Source of the DNA: Bugula neritina
Lineage: Eukaryota; Animalia; Bryozoa
DNA length: 64,000 nt
Assembly (NCBI GenBank): GCA_964035545.1
Contig: OZ037765.1
Location: forward strand, 35,426,080-35,490,079
Direction: 5' to 3'
Of this stretch, positions 37,649 to 50,028 are shown piece after piece. Every line of letters starts with the position of its first letter. The stretch's first letter is position 1. Position numbers and translations under genes: made by a program. The notes under the pieces were generated by a model that saw only the letters and a list, made by a program, of their open reading frames with translations, was not told the origin of the DNA and did no database searches.

Positions 37649-40418
37649 CTAAATTCCTAACAATGCCTTTGCTTCCGCAGCCTCGGCGCGTAACGTGTCA
37701 CTGGCATACTTTTGTAGCAATTCCATTTTCTTGCGTCTAACAATGGCCTCCTCTATGTCCTGTTGGGAGGGTACGGGCACGTGCGAGATGAACTGTTTGG
37801 GGCCGTCTGCTGTCTCCAGGACTTTGTTAGTTTCACCGTCTGAGTCATCTGACAGTCTGCTGCCATTAGCCTCAGTTCCATAGATATCCTCTTCCCCGTC
37901 ATCTGCAGTCTCTCCGCCTCCTCTACTTCTTCCCTTTCTCCACTCCTCAATCATTCTCTGCTGCACCTGAGAAATGTTAGCAGATGACTGACCAAGCACA
38001 GGTGTAACTGAACTATTGCTGCCTTAAGGTGTGACATAACAAACCACCCACCTCCTTCTCCACCTCCCTCTCCAGGGGAACCAAGATGCCGTCGTCTTCA
38101 TCTCGGTAGCCGTAGTAGTCAGCATCTATGTCCTTCATCAGCTCTGCTCTTGTCTTACGAGGTGCTGCCGCTGGCTCCTGTACCACATATGAGTCAATCT
38201 CAGACAACCATTCATGATACACCATGATACACTTACCATTATACCAGATATACTTACTACTATACCAGATACACTTACTACTGTACCAGATACACTTACT
38301 ACTATACCAGATACACTTACTACTATACCAGATATACTTACTACTATACCAGATATACTTACTACTATACCAGATACACTTACTACTATACCAGATATAC
38401 TTACTACTATACCAGATATACTTACTACTATACCAGATACACTTACTACTATACCACTTACTACTATACCAGATATACTTACTACTATACCAGATATACT
38501 TACTACTATACCAGATATACTTACTACTATACCATATATACTTACTACTATACCAGATATACTTACTACCGTACCAGATAGACTTAGTACTATACCAGAT
38601 AACAACAACCTATCACTTACCAACTCAAACAGCTCCTTCACTCCAGGCAGGTCCTTGGCAGCTCCGAAATACTTGTATCCTCTGTTTCCTGGAACCTCCT
38701 TCCCTTCGTGGTCCAACATCTTTGGGCCTATCTTTCTGTAGTCTGGACCTCCCAGCTCTTTTATCTGCCAACAAAGGTAAATACATGTGTGCCACAGCAT
38801 GCTGGAGAGAGAGATCAGTGCCTGCAGACAACTTATCTCACTGACTAATATACACAACTCACCCGGTCTTCCCAATGCCCCTTCTCCCGAAGAAGCTTGT
38901 TAATTTCATCGTTGAGATCACGCAATTTGAACTCGCCCAGTCCGGCATTCTGAATTTGAGAAACCTTTTTTGAAACTTCTCCTAGAATTTGGCGCCTCCA
39001 TTTCTCAGCTTTTCTCAGATCATCACACTCTGTGGCCAAGTATGGGCGACGCTCTTTATCTTCTGAAATCAGCCAATCATATATCATAACACAATCAGCC
39101 AATCATATATCATAACACAATCAGCCAATCAAATATCATAACACGGTCAGCCATCATAACGATGTCAGCCATCAAAACTATTGCCAAAACTTGTGAGAAG
39201 CTCTTCTTACAAGAGAGAGGGCATGAGTCCTACCTGTTTGTTACTGAATGGCTCAAAGTAGCACATGCCACCCATTTATTTTACTCGGACACTAAAATTA
39301 ACCTAATTTCAAACAATGAGTTTTTGTTTGAGTGACAAGTTTCATATTTTGCTGGCTGGGTTAAATGTCATGTGTATGGTTTGAAACAAAGATACTTATA
39401 AAAAGAAATAACTAATCACAAATCACAAAATGCTAACTGCCATCGATATTTGTTTTTCAACCAAAAATTATACCTATTAGCAAATAATAAATCGGGAAAT
39501 TGTGAATTTCTTGCAAACTTGTAAATTTATTTTTTCAAATCAGTCAAGCAGTCATTCCAAAAATAGCTGTAAACAACTGTAGCCTATTGTGATAAAACCA
39601 ATTTTGCAAACTGTTTTAATGCAACTCAACCATCTATCATGACAATATTATCCAAATCTGAAAACAATTTAAGTTCATATATCCATTATGAAATAAATTT
39701 CAATGATTACAAAGACAGTCGGTTTCTTAGTACAATTGTTGAACACTCGTATTCAAAAACTTTTAGAATATAGGTATAGATACAGGTCTACACACTTTTA
39801 TATCATATCTAACTCTTTTTGTAAGCATGCATAAACTTTACAACAGAAACTACACATAGGATACCATAAAAATACTCCACTCGAACTTCACTACTAAGCA
39901 TTGCACTTCACAGTCAGATTTGGTATTACATTATACAACTATAATAATTGCCTTGAAAATAAAAAATATTGTTTAAAGTTCGCCAATATTAATTATCATA
40001 AAGATTATACTAATCCATCAAACGTAATAAAACAATTTAAGACCATATCAATCAATATGAATACGAATTCCCCTTATTATATATTTATATTGAACAGTAA
40101 TTAATAGTAACTCACAACGTCAACTGACACTGTGAGTAAGTAACACGGATGGTTACTGATCACCGTCAAGTGTAAACATTTCATAAATATAATACTTATA
40201 GTTACATTTCCTATTGTTCGCAGCTACACTTGCAGTTATTGCAACATCCTACAGGGCTAAAACAGACTCAGTTTTACTTTTAGTTTTAGTTTAATTTATA
40301 TTTAATTTCATTTTATAAGACTAAATACTTCTCTAGTAACTACCGTACCTCCTTTTTCTTCGAATGCTGCTCTCCAACGTGCAAGTGCCGTCATAGCTTT
40401 TTCTGTATTTCTTGCCAT
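37649..40418 (-). CDS. ISY1: pre-mRNA splicing factor ISY1 (NTC/Prp19-associated), 5 exons
   Basis: Exons 40418-40349 (MARNTEKAMTALARWR), 39062-38863 (RRPYLATECDDLRKAEKWRRQILGEVSKKVSQIQNAGLGEFKLRDLNDEINKLLREKGHWE), 38764-38621 (ELGGPDY...GKEVPGNRGYKYFGAAKDLPGVKELFE), 38177-38052 (DADYYGYRDEDDGILVPLE), 37966-37649 (HVPVPSQQDIEEAIVRRKKMELLQKYAS). All junctions are GT-AG and in phase. Confidence 0.95.
38225..38600. repeat. 21-bp minisatellite in ISY1 intron 3, carrying GTAAGT on the - strand
   Basis: ccagatatacttactactata units. Confidence 0.95.
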
Positions 40419-40904
40419 TTTTAATTAGTGTATTTAAAATTAAATTGCTTGCATTTACCATGAAATTAATACTAAAAAATAATGTAACGTGAAAAGGAAA
40501 CTCAAACTAATACTGATCGGAAACCAAACTAAAGAATAAAATTCTGACTCGCTGACGAAGTATAGTTGGTTTTCTCACAGCATTGCCATGGTTTTGTCTT
40601 CAAGAGAACCACTTTAAAGTTAAAAAATATTGCCTAAACTTTAGTAAATAATAAATAAAAAATAATGTTGATGTTTTCTATTTGTCTGTAAAGTTACAAC
40701 AAGCCTAGCTAAAGGGTTAAAGTTCAATAAAGCAAATAGTTTCTTCTTTTTGAGACAACTCCAATATTGCAACGTTGCTTTTATGTGGCCTTGACTGTAG
40801 TTGAAAACACGATTTTGCGTACAAAGAGAGTGAAACGTACCACCGTACGATATTTTTCTTTCGATTATTGAAATAAGGCCATTTTATGATACAATTTTCA
40901 TACA

Positions 40905-41740
40905 TTTACTATTACTATTAATTAGTATTAGTATTGGTAAATTACTATTGGTATTAGTATTACTATTACTATTAGTATTAATATTTACTTCTAGTTCTAG
41001 CCATAACAATTACAGTAAGTCAATAGCTATAATAAGCGATACTAAATTGAAATAATCATTATGGGAACATTGATAATATTAATAATAATAAATTTATATT
41101 TATAATCATAATGATAATGATAATCATAATGATACTATAAAGTATAATCATAATGGTAATTGATTATGATAATACTAATAGTACTAATACTAATAGTAAA
41201 AGCAATACTAATACTTATACTAATAGTAATGCTAATTACTAATACTAATGTCTAATAGTAATACTAATACTAATAGTAATAGTGTTCAATTAGGGAATTT
41301 TCCCGATAATAAATTATTATCATTATCATTAGGATAATTTTACCAACATTTTAATTTCATTTTATTTTATATATAATATTAATAATGATAATCATAATAA
41401 TCATTATATTATTTTATTATATAATAATCACTTACCACTTTGACTTTCACTATCAGCCATCGTCATCAGGATAGATACTCATAGTCATAGTCATACTGAT
41501 ACTGATACTAATTCACTAATACTAATAGTAATAACTAATAAGTAATATTTTTTATTAATTGTAAAACCTAAAATCATTATTATAATCTATGGGCATGGGT
41601 ATGGATAAGTATATGAAATCGGTCATCATCATCATGATTATCGTTGCCATTATGATAGAGTGATAATGATTATGATTATTCAGATAGTGATTTACATTAT
41701 CATTATCATAATTATAATTCTAAATTAATAATTATAAATT
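40905..41740. repeat. AT-rich degenerate trinucleotide tract (AAT/ACT/ATC)
   Basis: Low-complexity region between divergent ISY1 and B4GALT7. Confidence 0.7.
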
Positions 41741-43257
41741 GCCTCAGTTAAAGTAGGACTTACGCAGCAACTAGAATGTCTACAGGGAAGCCTCTAGCTA
41801 CAATTTATATTACACCAGGCCAGGGTTAGCACTTGTTACAGCATTTGCTGTAATTTATGATAACTAATAGTAATAATGATACTAATACTTAAAGTTTTTT
41901 CTCATAGTTACCTTGTTTTTCGTTCTAAATTTCTAGTTATGCTGTTATTGTGATTATCCGTATAGCTATGATAAATATTCTCTTCTTTATTTTTCTAGCA
42001 ATTTATGTATCTTCCTCTACATTTCATTTGCAATTCTGGTAAGTTATAATATGGCAGAAGTCCGTATTATTATCCCTGGAACTTAACTTAGTTACAATCT
42101 ATGGGAAATCACTATTATAATCAACATTCACTTAAAGTAATTAAAGGTTTGTTTTAGCACTCATTGACCTTCTATGATTTCTATGGTGCCCTAGTGTCTA
42201 GGTGCCATCAGATTGTTACTGTTCAATTATTTCTCAATCTTTTCATAACTTCAATGTTTTTGTTGAAATTCAATGGGAAACTTATCTAAACTTGTTTGTA
42301 TTGCTGTTGAGGATTGGTTGACTAGGATCAACATTTGCTGTCCTACTGCAATACCAATTGTATGATTAGTCAGTATAAGTGTTGCTAACCAAACAGCTCA
42401 TCATGATGGTCGCTGTATCTCAAGTCCTATCAACATTACAACTTTAACCCAACATGTAGTATATTTTCTTGGCTTGTCTGTAAACAGCTAGCGGTAGTGC
42501 CTTAGTATATTCATGCTGATGTTGCAATATAAATAGTTTATTGCTGTCATTAGATGTGGTGGAAATTTCTAAACATTTTACAAGATAATTTGCGATAATG
42601 TTGCCTTTATATCGGAACATATTTATGTCTTCAACTACTTTGGTATAGATGAAATGTTATTCTATGCAGCAGTGTATCATGTCACATGTGGCTGCTGTAT
42701 TTTGTTTTACTAAAAAGGCTGTTGAGAAGATCACAAAAGTTTAGACTAGATTATGCAGGGCAGTCTCAGTATTTTCCCATTCTATTTAAACATCTAAACA
42801 TATGCAGTTTGATGCATGCTTGTAGAAAAAAAAAATTTATGTTTCTTTTCTTATTCATTAAAAATAAATTATGACATGCAAGGAAAGAATTGACACCCAA
42901 CATTACATATTACAATATTAATATATTCTCAAAAGACTCATACTAATGGCATTATTCGCTTTACCAATGTGACTATCATATAGGTGAATATATAGCATGA
43001 AGATCTTCTGATATTGCTTAATGGTAGTATTACTATTAGTAGAGTAGAGTTTCTCTCTGTGTTGAGTAACACCAAGTCTGGTCAGTGCTGAATGTTTTGT
43101 CCTAATGAAGGTTACATGACTATCCTGATATGATGACATGCCAACAGGAAGTAATGTACATTACTCTCAGCTGTTCATGTCTATGTTGCAGATATACCTC
43201 TAAGCATGTAATCTACACACCATATTCTGCTGAGGTAGTAGACATGGAAATACTAAA

Positions 43258-44378
43258 ATGCCTCGAATACAATGGAAAAGAAACCGGATCGTGCTGATAT
43301 GCGTCAGCGTTGCTTGTTTTCTTTTACTCAGTTTGAAATTGCTAGGTTATTCCCTCCTCCATCAGAGAGTTTCTGAAGATAGACTTAGGACTAGTAAAGT
43401 ATCTTTTACGATCCCGCCCCTTCCTACTCAGCATAAACTGGCCGTAATAGTTCCGTTTAGAGACAGGTTTGAGGAACTGTTAGAGTTTGTTCCCCATATG
43501 CACAGCTTCTTGAAGAATGCCTCCATAGCGCATAAGATATACGTAATCAACCAGGTGGACACTCACAGGTTCAACAGAGCCTCCCTAATCAATGTGGGGT
43601 ATAAGCTGAGTGTACTAGAGTGCGATTACCTGGCCATGCATGATGTAGACTTGTTACCTCTCAACCCTCTCCTAGACTACGGCTTCCCTGCAGACCACGT
43701 GTTCCACGTCGCCTCTCCCTACCTCCACCCTATTTATCACTACAAGAAGTTTGTTGGAGGGATTTTACTGCTAACTCACGCTCACTTTCAGCGACTTAAT
43801 GGATTGTCTAATAGGTACGTGTGCATTACTCTGTGTACATTACTATGTGTACATTACTCTGTGTGTACATTACTCTCTGTACATTACTATATATATACAT
43901 TACTCTCTGTACATTACTCTGTATACATTACTCTGTGTACATTACTCTCTGTACATTACTCTGTATACATTACTCTGTATACATTACTCTCTGTACATTA
44001 CTCTCTGTACATTACTCTCTGTACATTACTCTGTCTTCATTCAGGTACTGGGGATGGGGTAGAGAAGATGACGAGTTCTATGTACGTATGAAGGAAGCAG
44101 ACCTGACTATTCTCCGCCCAGACCTTGAGAAGGTCACCACTGGCTATAAAACATTTCGCCACATTCACGACCGGAAACGTCGCCCCAGGGACAACAAACG
44201 TTACGGCAATCAGGGACCCTCCGGGTCCCACAGGGACAGAAAAACTGGATTAGCTGATGTAGATTTTGATTTAATAAGCAAACACAGGATTGTTATTGAG
44301 AATTCGCCAGCAACTATATACAATGTTGAGTTACAATGTGATGTTACAGATACCCCTTGGTGTGATGCTCCTACCTAG
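43258..44378 (+). CDS. B4GALT7: beta-1,4-galactosyltransferase 7 (xylosylprotein galactosyltransferase, GT7), 2 coding exons
   Basis: Exons 43258-43814 and 44045-44378. N-terminal type II TM segment, HKLAVIVPFRDRFEELLEFVPHM, FNRASLINVG, MHDVDLLP (DxD motif), GLSNR|YWGWGREDDEFY, and C-terminal TPWC. AATAAA at 44723. Confidence 0.95.
43824..44034. repeat. 14-16-bp minisatellite filling the B4GALT7 intron
   Basis: acattactctctgt units. Confidence 0.9.
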
Positions 44379-46727
44379 CTGTTCTACTACCTTTATACTC
44401 TCTCATTATATACTATCTGTAAGGTGCTCTGTCTATTATTTAGTCATCTATTTGTAAAGGAAATTCACATCCTGATTTCAGTACGAGTCTTTTAGAATTG
44501 TTTACAACGACCAACTATTTTATATGATCCCTATTGGTAGTGTTCACACAGGAGTCTAATTTACACATTTCCTGTGCAGGGTGTTGGGGTGTAGTTCTCT
44601 CATCTTTATTCTAATAACTTATTCTGTTAGAAACACTACACTAGTATTTCATATGCTGACAATCAAAGTAAACTTAACAGTGACTTAACTTTTGTAACCA
44701 ACATGTTTGTACAACTCATTCTAATAAACGTGTAACATTCCCTGCTTCTGTTTCCATGTGAATAGAAACAGCTGTTTGACTGTTTGACCTGGATATGATA
44801 TGCCAGTAACACTCACTGTTCTACATGGTGATGTATTTACTTACCAACTTGCAAACATGACTGAGTACTTGATGGTAGTTTGCTCAGAGTCTAGACCAGC
44901 TCACATCCAGTTGAATTACTTGTTAGTGTCAGTACTTGAACTTTGAATCCTCCTGCTGCAATTACTTGCATGATTTGACTTGACCTTTTCAACTATATAA
45001 TAGACTTGAATGGAGTTACATAAGAATTTAACTGGTTGGATTTACTGAGTATAATGATATATTGCAGCAAGAGAGCGTGTTCTGTTAGGACTCCGAGTTT
45101 ACTGGTTAGCAATGCCTATGACTCACTCTCAGCTATATAACTACAGTCATTGTTTATGTTATGCACACCTAGATAACCTGCTGACCTAACCCTTGCAGCT
45201 GACACTTATTTGTTGATGTAATAAGAGCGTAAATGACTCATCTTTTGTTATGCTGACTTAGATTATACCTTCAAAGTCTGCTGGCAAAAGGTTGGGATTT
45301 ATTGTGATGGCTCTAATAAAAACATATGTTGTCTGAAAACACGGAGATCAGAATTCAAGATGAAATGTTTTGTAGTAAAATATTATAATATTTTATATGC
45401 TGTGTGGTTTATAGGAAACACATATAAACAAAACCTCCAGTTTTTAACTTGATATACATTGTTTAGATACTTCCTCTACATTGTTCATGAATCGTGTGGA
45501 ACTGACACTATTCATATAGTACAATAAACCATGAATAAATATGTAAACAAATATCACGCAATAACATATTACTCTACAAGCCATATTAATAAGTAATAAA
45601 ACTGCAGGCAAATACCAAAATAATATAATATATACAATAATTGTAACTAATTCCTTTGTGCTGTAGATATTTCAGAATACTATATTTGTTATCGTTTTTC
45701 TATACTGGCATATAGGTATCCTGGTTGTATATGTTATACATTATTTTTAGTGTGGTTGTATTTTTTATACAGTATGTTTATAGTGAGAATGTATATGTTA
45801 CACATTATATACATTAAATCCTGGTATATATATAACAGCACCTTCAGTTTACCTTGCAGTTGGTGTATATAATGAACCATTTGAAATCTTCTCATCTATT
45901 CCAGGCTATGATTTATTTTGTACAATTATATTATTACCATCATTCTGGTGTTATTCTTTTATTAAAGTGTAACCTAATGCGAACTCTCCTTTCTTTAGCT
46001 AGAGGAGGCTAGGAAACCTACAAAGGGGTACTCTGATGATAAATATTAACTAAAACTAGGTAAATTCTTTAGCAAAGGTATAATAGACACACAATTAACA
46101 TATATGGTAATTAGTGTGTATTATAGAATCTTTTTATATCCTAAATATTTCCATGACTATACTCAGTTGGGTTGTCTCACCTTGTGTATTTTCATAGTGC
46201 TGAAACAATGGTATGTATAAGTATCAAAATCTTATATCTGGTACTTATGACCTTTCAGAATAGCTAGCATTATTTTACTTGATGACACTTGAATTTTAGC
46301 ACTTTTATAAATACTGGTTAAAAATGTATAACATGTTTTACCAAAATCAACGTTTTAATTAGAGAACTAGAAAATTGAAATGTGTAGCCTAGTGTTTAAA
46401 GGAGAAAAAAGCAAAATGCAAAATATTATGAATATTATTATAAGATAATAAAACAGAAGATGTAACGACATAATTCCATAGGATGTAAAAATAAAGTTTA
46501 AATTTAAAAACACTCTGTAGAATATAAATGTTTATATGAAGACTCGTTAAAGTTAAAAGAGAAATGATGCAATATGAATGTATCTTTTTGTTGGTTGGTA
46601 GAATAAATGTTATTCAAACTCAAAGTCCAAAGTTGCAGGCGTCATTTTGTTGGTATTAGGAGCAACATACTTCATATTGGATGAAGTTTTCTAATTTCCA
46701 ATCTGAAACTCAGAGTCAGACATACTG

Positions 46728-49557
46728 TTATATTATAGAACATGAGTTCCATATTCTATATAACATGGTAGAGCCAACGGACTCTGGTTCTTTCTCTCCT
46801 TCTATCTGAGTAGCTCCTTGATGGATATCTGTACCAGAAACTCCGTTGTATCCAGGAAACAGGTAGAGTTTCCTTTCATGAGAGAGAGTGTCACTAGCAT
46901 CTACCAGCTGTCCAGTTAGAATGTTCTTCGTTCTCTTACAATATTTGCTGATTCTGTGTTGAACCTGTAATAATATTTTCTAACAGTATCTAGTATATAG
47001 AATATGTAACATGTTTTAACAATATTATATAATATATAGAATATGTAACATAATCTAACAGTATCTAGTATATAGAATATGTAACATACTCTAACAGTAT
47101 CTAGTATATAGAATATGTAACATATTCTAACAGCATCTAGTATATAGAATATGTAACATGTTTTAACAATATTATATAATATATAGAATATGTAACATAA
47201 TCTAACAGCATCTAGTATATAGAATATGTAACATGTTTTAACAATATTATATAATATATAGAATATGTAACATAATCTAACAGCATCTAGTATATAGAAT
47301 ATGTAACATACTCTAACAGTATCTAGTATATAGAATATGTAACATAATCTAACAGTATATAGTATATAGAATATGTAACATAATCTAACAGTATATAGTA
47401 TATAGAATATGTAACATAATCTAACAGTATATAGTATATATAATATGTAACATACTCTAACAGTATCTAGTATATAGAATATGTAACATACTCTAACAGT
47501 ATCTAGTATATAGAATATGTAACATAATCTAACAGTATCTAGTATATAGAATATGTAACATAATCTAACAGTATCTAGTATATAGAATATGTAACATACT
47601 CTAACAGCATCTAATATATAGAATATGTAACATAATCTAACAGTATATAGTATATAGAATATGTAACATAATCTAACAGCATCTAGTATATAGAATATGT
47701 AACATAATCTAACAGTATATAGTATATAGAATATGTAACATAATCTAACAGCATCTAGTATATAGAATATGTAACATGTTCTAACAATAGCTTCACAATA
47801 TCCCCAGCCTGTAAACTTTCATGCAGTTATAGCTTAGCCGATTAAAATTTCAATCATATACATGCTATTGGTTCACAGGAATATCAGTAACAAATACCAA
47901 AATGACTAACAACTGAAATATTAAAAACTAAAACTTAATCTCATATAATATTTCTTAAGCTTTTAGCTTTCAATTATTTTCCAAGTATCTGTTATGTTTT
48001 GATGAAACTTTTTGTATCATGTAACACATTTACCGCTTTGTAGATCTCATGCATATCACGATGACAGGCATGTCTGTAGAGAGTTCTGACCAGACATCTG
48101 ACTAGTAGAGAACCGTACACAGGATGTCTTATAGACACATAGGCTATAACAAAGTGAAAACTCTAATATACTATATATGGTACATCATCAGTACTCTCAG
48201 ATATGTACATATGTTCTTATGCTTTACCACCTAATTTATACAACTGATAGTATGCTATAGGCATATATATGAACCCACTGTAAATATTGCAACAACAAAA
48301 AATACTACTGAGGTAGTCACAAAGTGAATAGCTTGATCGATTTTTTTTACAAATTTACACTGTGTCACAAAACTCTATAGTTCCAAGGTAAACCAACATT
48401 AAAATCACATACAAAAGACTACTTTTGAAGAACAGTTAAGATACTCACAATCAAAGCTGGCTTTTATAACAAACAGGTTTTCACAGTGAAGTGTCTCAAT
48501 TCCATCTCCTTTATAATATCCACCAGAGAAGTACTTTGGAGGAGTGAATACTTCTGGTTGAGTCACACTCTCATCTTCATCACCAAATTCATTGTCTCCT
48601 CCTGTCTCTACATCCTTGTGTCCTTTCTTACCCAAATCTTTTCTACCTGTTTACCATGGAATATTGAAGCAGTTATTGTTAAGCAGCAGTTGAATAGTAC
48701 CAGTAAAAGTGCACTGTCTGTGACTGTATTTCAAATAAATACAACATATCAACTCAATAGAAACTCACCACCACTACAAGCTTGGATAACAACCAGTTTA
48801 GGTTTATCAGCAACCACTGGGTTCTGAGGAACAGATAGTACGTCATACAGGTCTGTCAGTTTCACCAACTTTCCATCTGAACCATAGACATGACCCTCAA
48901 CTCCATGAGATCCAATAAACAGGAAGAACATCCCATAGTCTGCATTCTTCACATCATTCACTTCTTGCTTTACTGTTTCCCACATCTCCTGTGGTTACAT
49001 TCAGTATAATGTGAAAACTTTGTCAGCAGCCAAGTGAAGAAAATAAATATCATTTAATGAATCATTCTGTTTGTTGCAAATTAGTCTGCATATTAAGAGA
49101 ATTGAGTTTTTCATAATATTTAGGACTTTTCTGATTTGAAGTATCCCTCATCAAATTCTTTCTTTTCCAGTAATTTGTTGTGAAATAACCACTGTATGCG
49201 TAAAATCTAAAGATGAGATTTTGCTAATTGAAGTTCATTTTGCATGTTTCCTACCAAGATATCATGATTGAGAAGGTTCAAATGAGACATTTTAATGTAA
49301 CCATGGTATGTGTAAAATAACAAAGTATACTATAATAAATATTTAGCTATCGTTTTTTTCATTTATAAAACACAATGTGTCAAAACCTGAGCAGAGAGGT
49401 CCTTTTTGGTTACAACATCAAACTGAAAGGAGTTCAACAAATGTTCTAAATTTTTAACATCTACATCAGAGCCCTGTCTATAATAATCTGGATGAGCTTT
49501 CACTTCTTTGTTGTTGATTAAAACAGCTCTGCCTCTTCTCCTAGTCATAGGAAACAC
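46728..49557 (-). CDS. caspase (peptidase C14) domain exons, p20 and p10
   Basis: MTRRRGRAVLINN..RQGSDVDVKNL; FIGSHG (catalytic His); KPKLVVIQACSG (catalytic Cys); p10 SYVSIRHPVYGSLLV; RKLYLFPG. Confidence 0.9.
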
Positions 49558-49942
49558 CTGGATGTTGTAGATATAAGTAAATTAAAACTCAATACACAAA
49601 ATCGCAAAGCTGACAAAACGTATGCAGACGGTTGATTCAAAATACTATTCCTTGTAGTCTTTTCAAAATTTTGCTCACTTTATCAGAGTTCAAGAACAAG
49701 TCTGTAGTTTTCTGTTTAGATGTAGGAACAGGTGTCTGGTGAAGAAAAAGTTTCTTTCTGTCAGCATCAGCTTTGGGCACCAGATAGTCATCATCATCAG
49801 ACAAATCACTTTCTTCATGTTCCTCACTGGGCTGACTTGATGTAGTCGGTGTAGTTGTAAATAGCCCTAAAATAACTAATGACTCTACTACATGTATCTA
49901 ATAACTGTTGTGTTTACATCGAGGTTATATTATAATTTAGAG

Positions 49943-50028
<86 letters not shown>

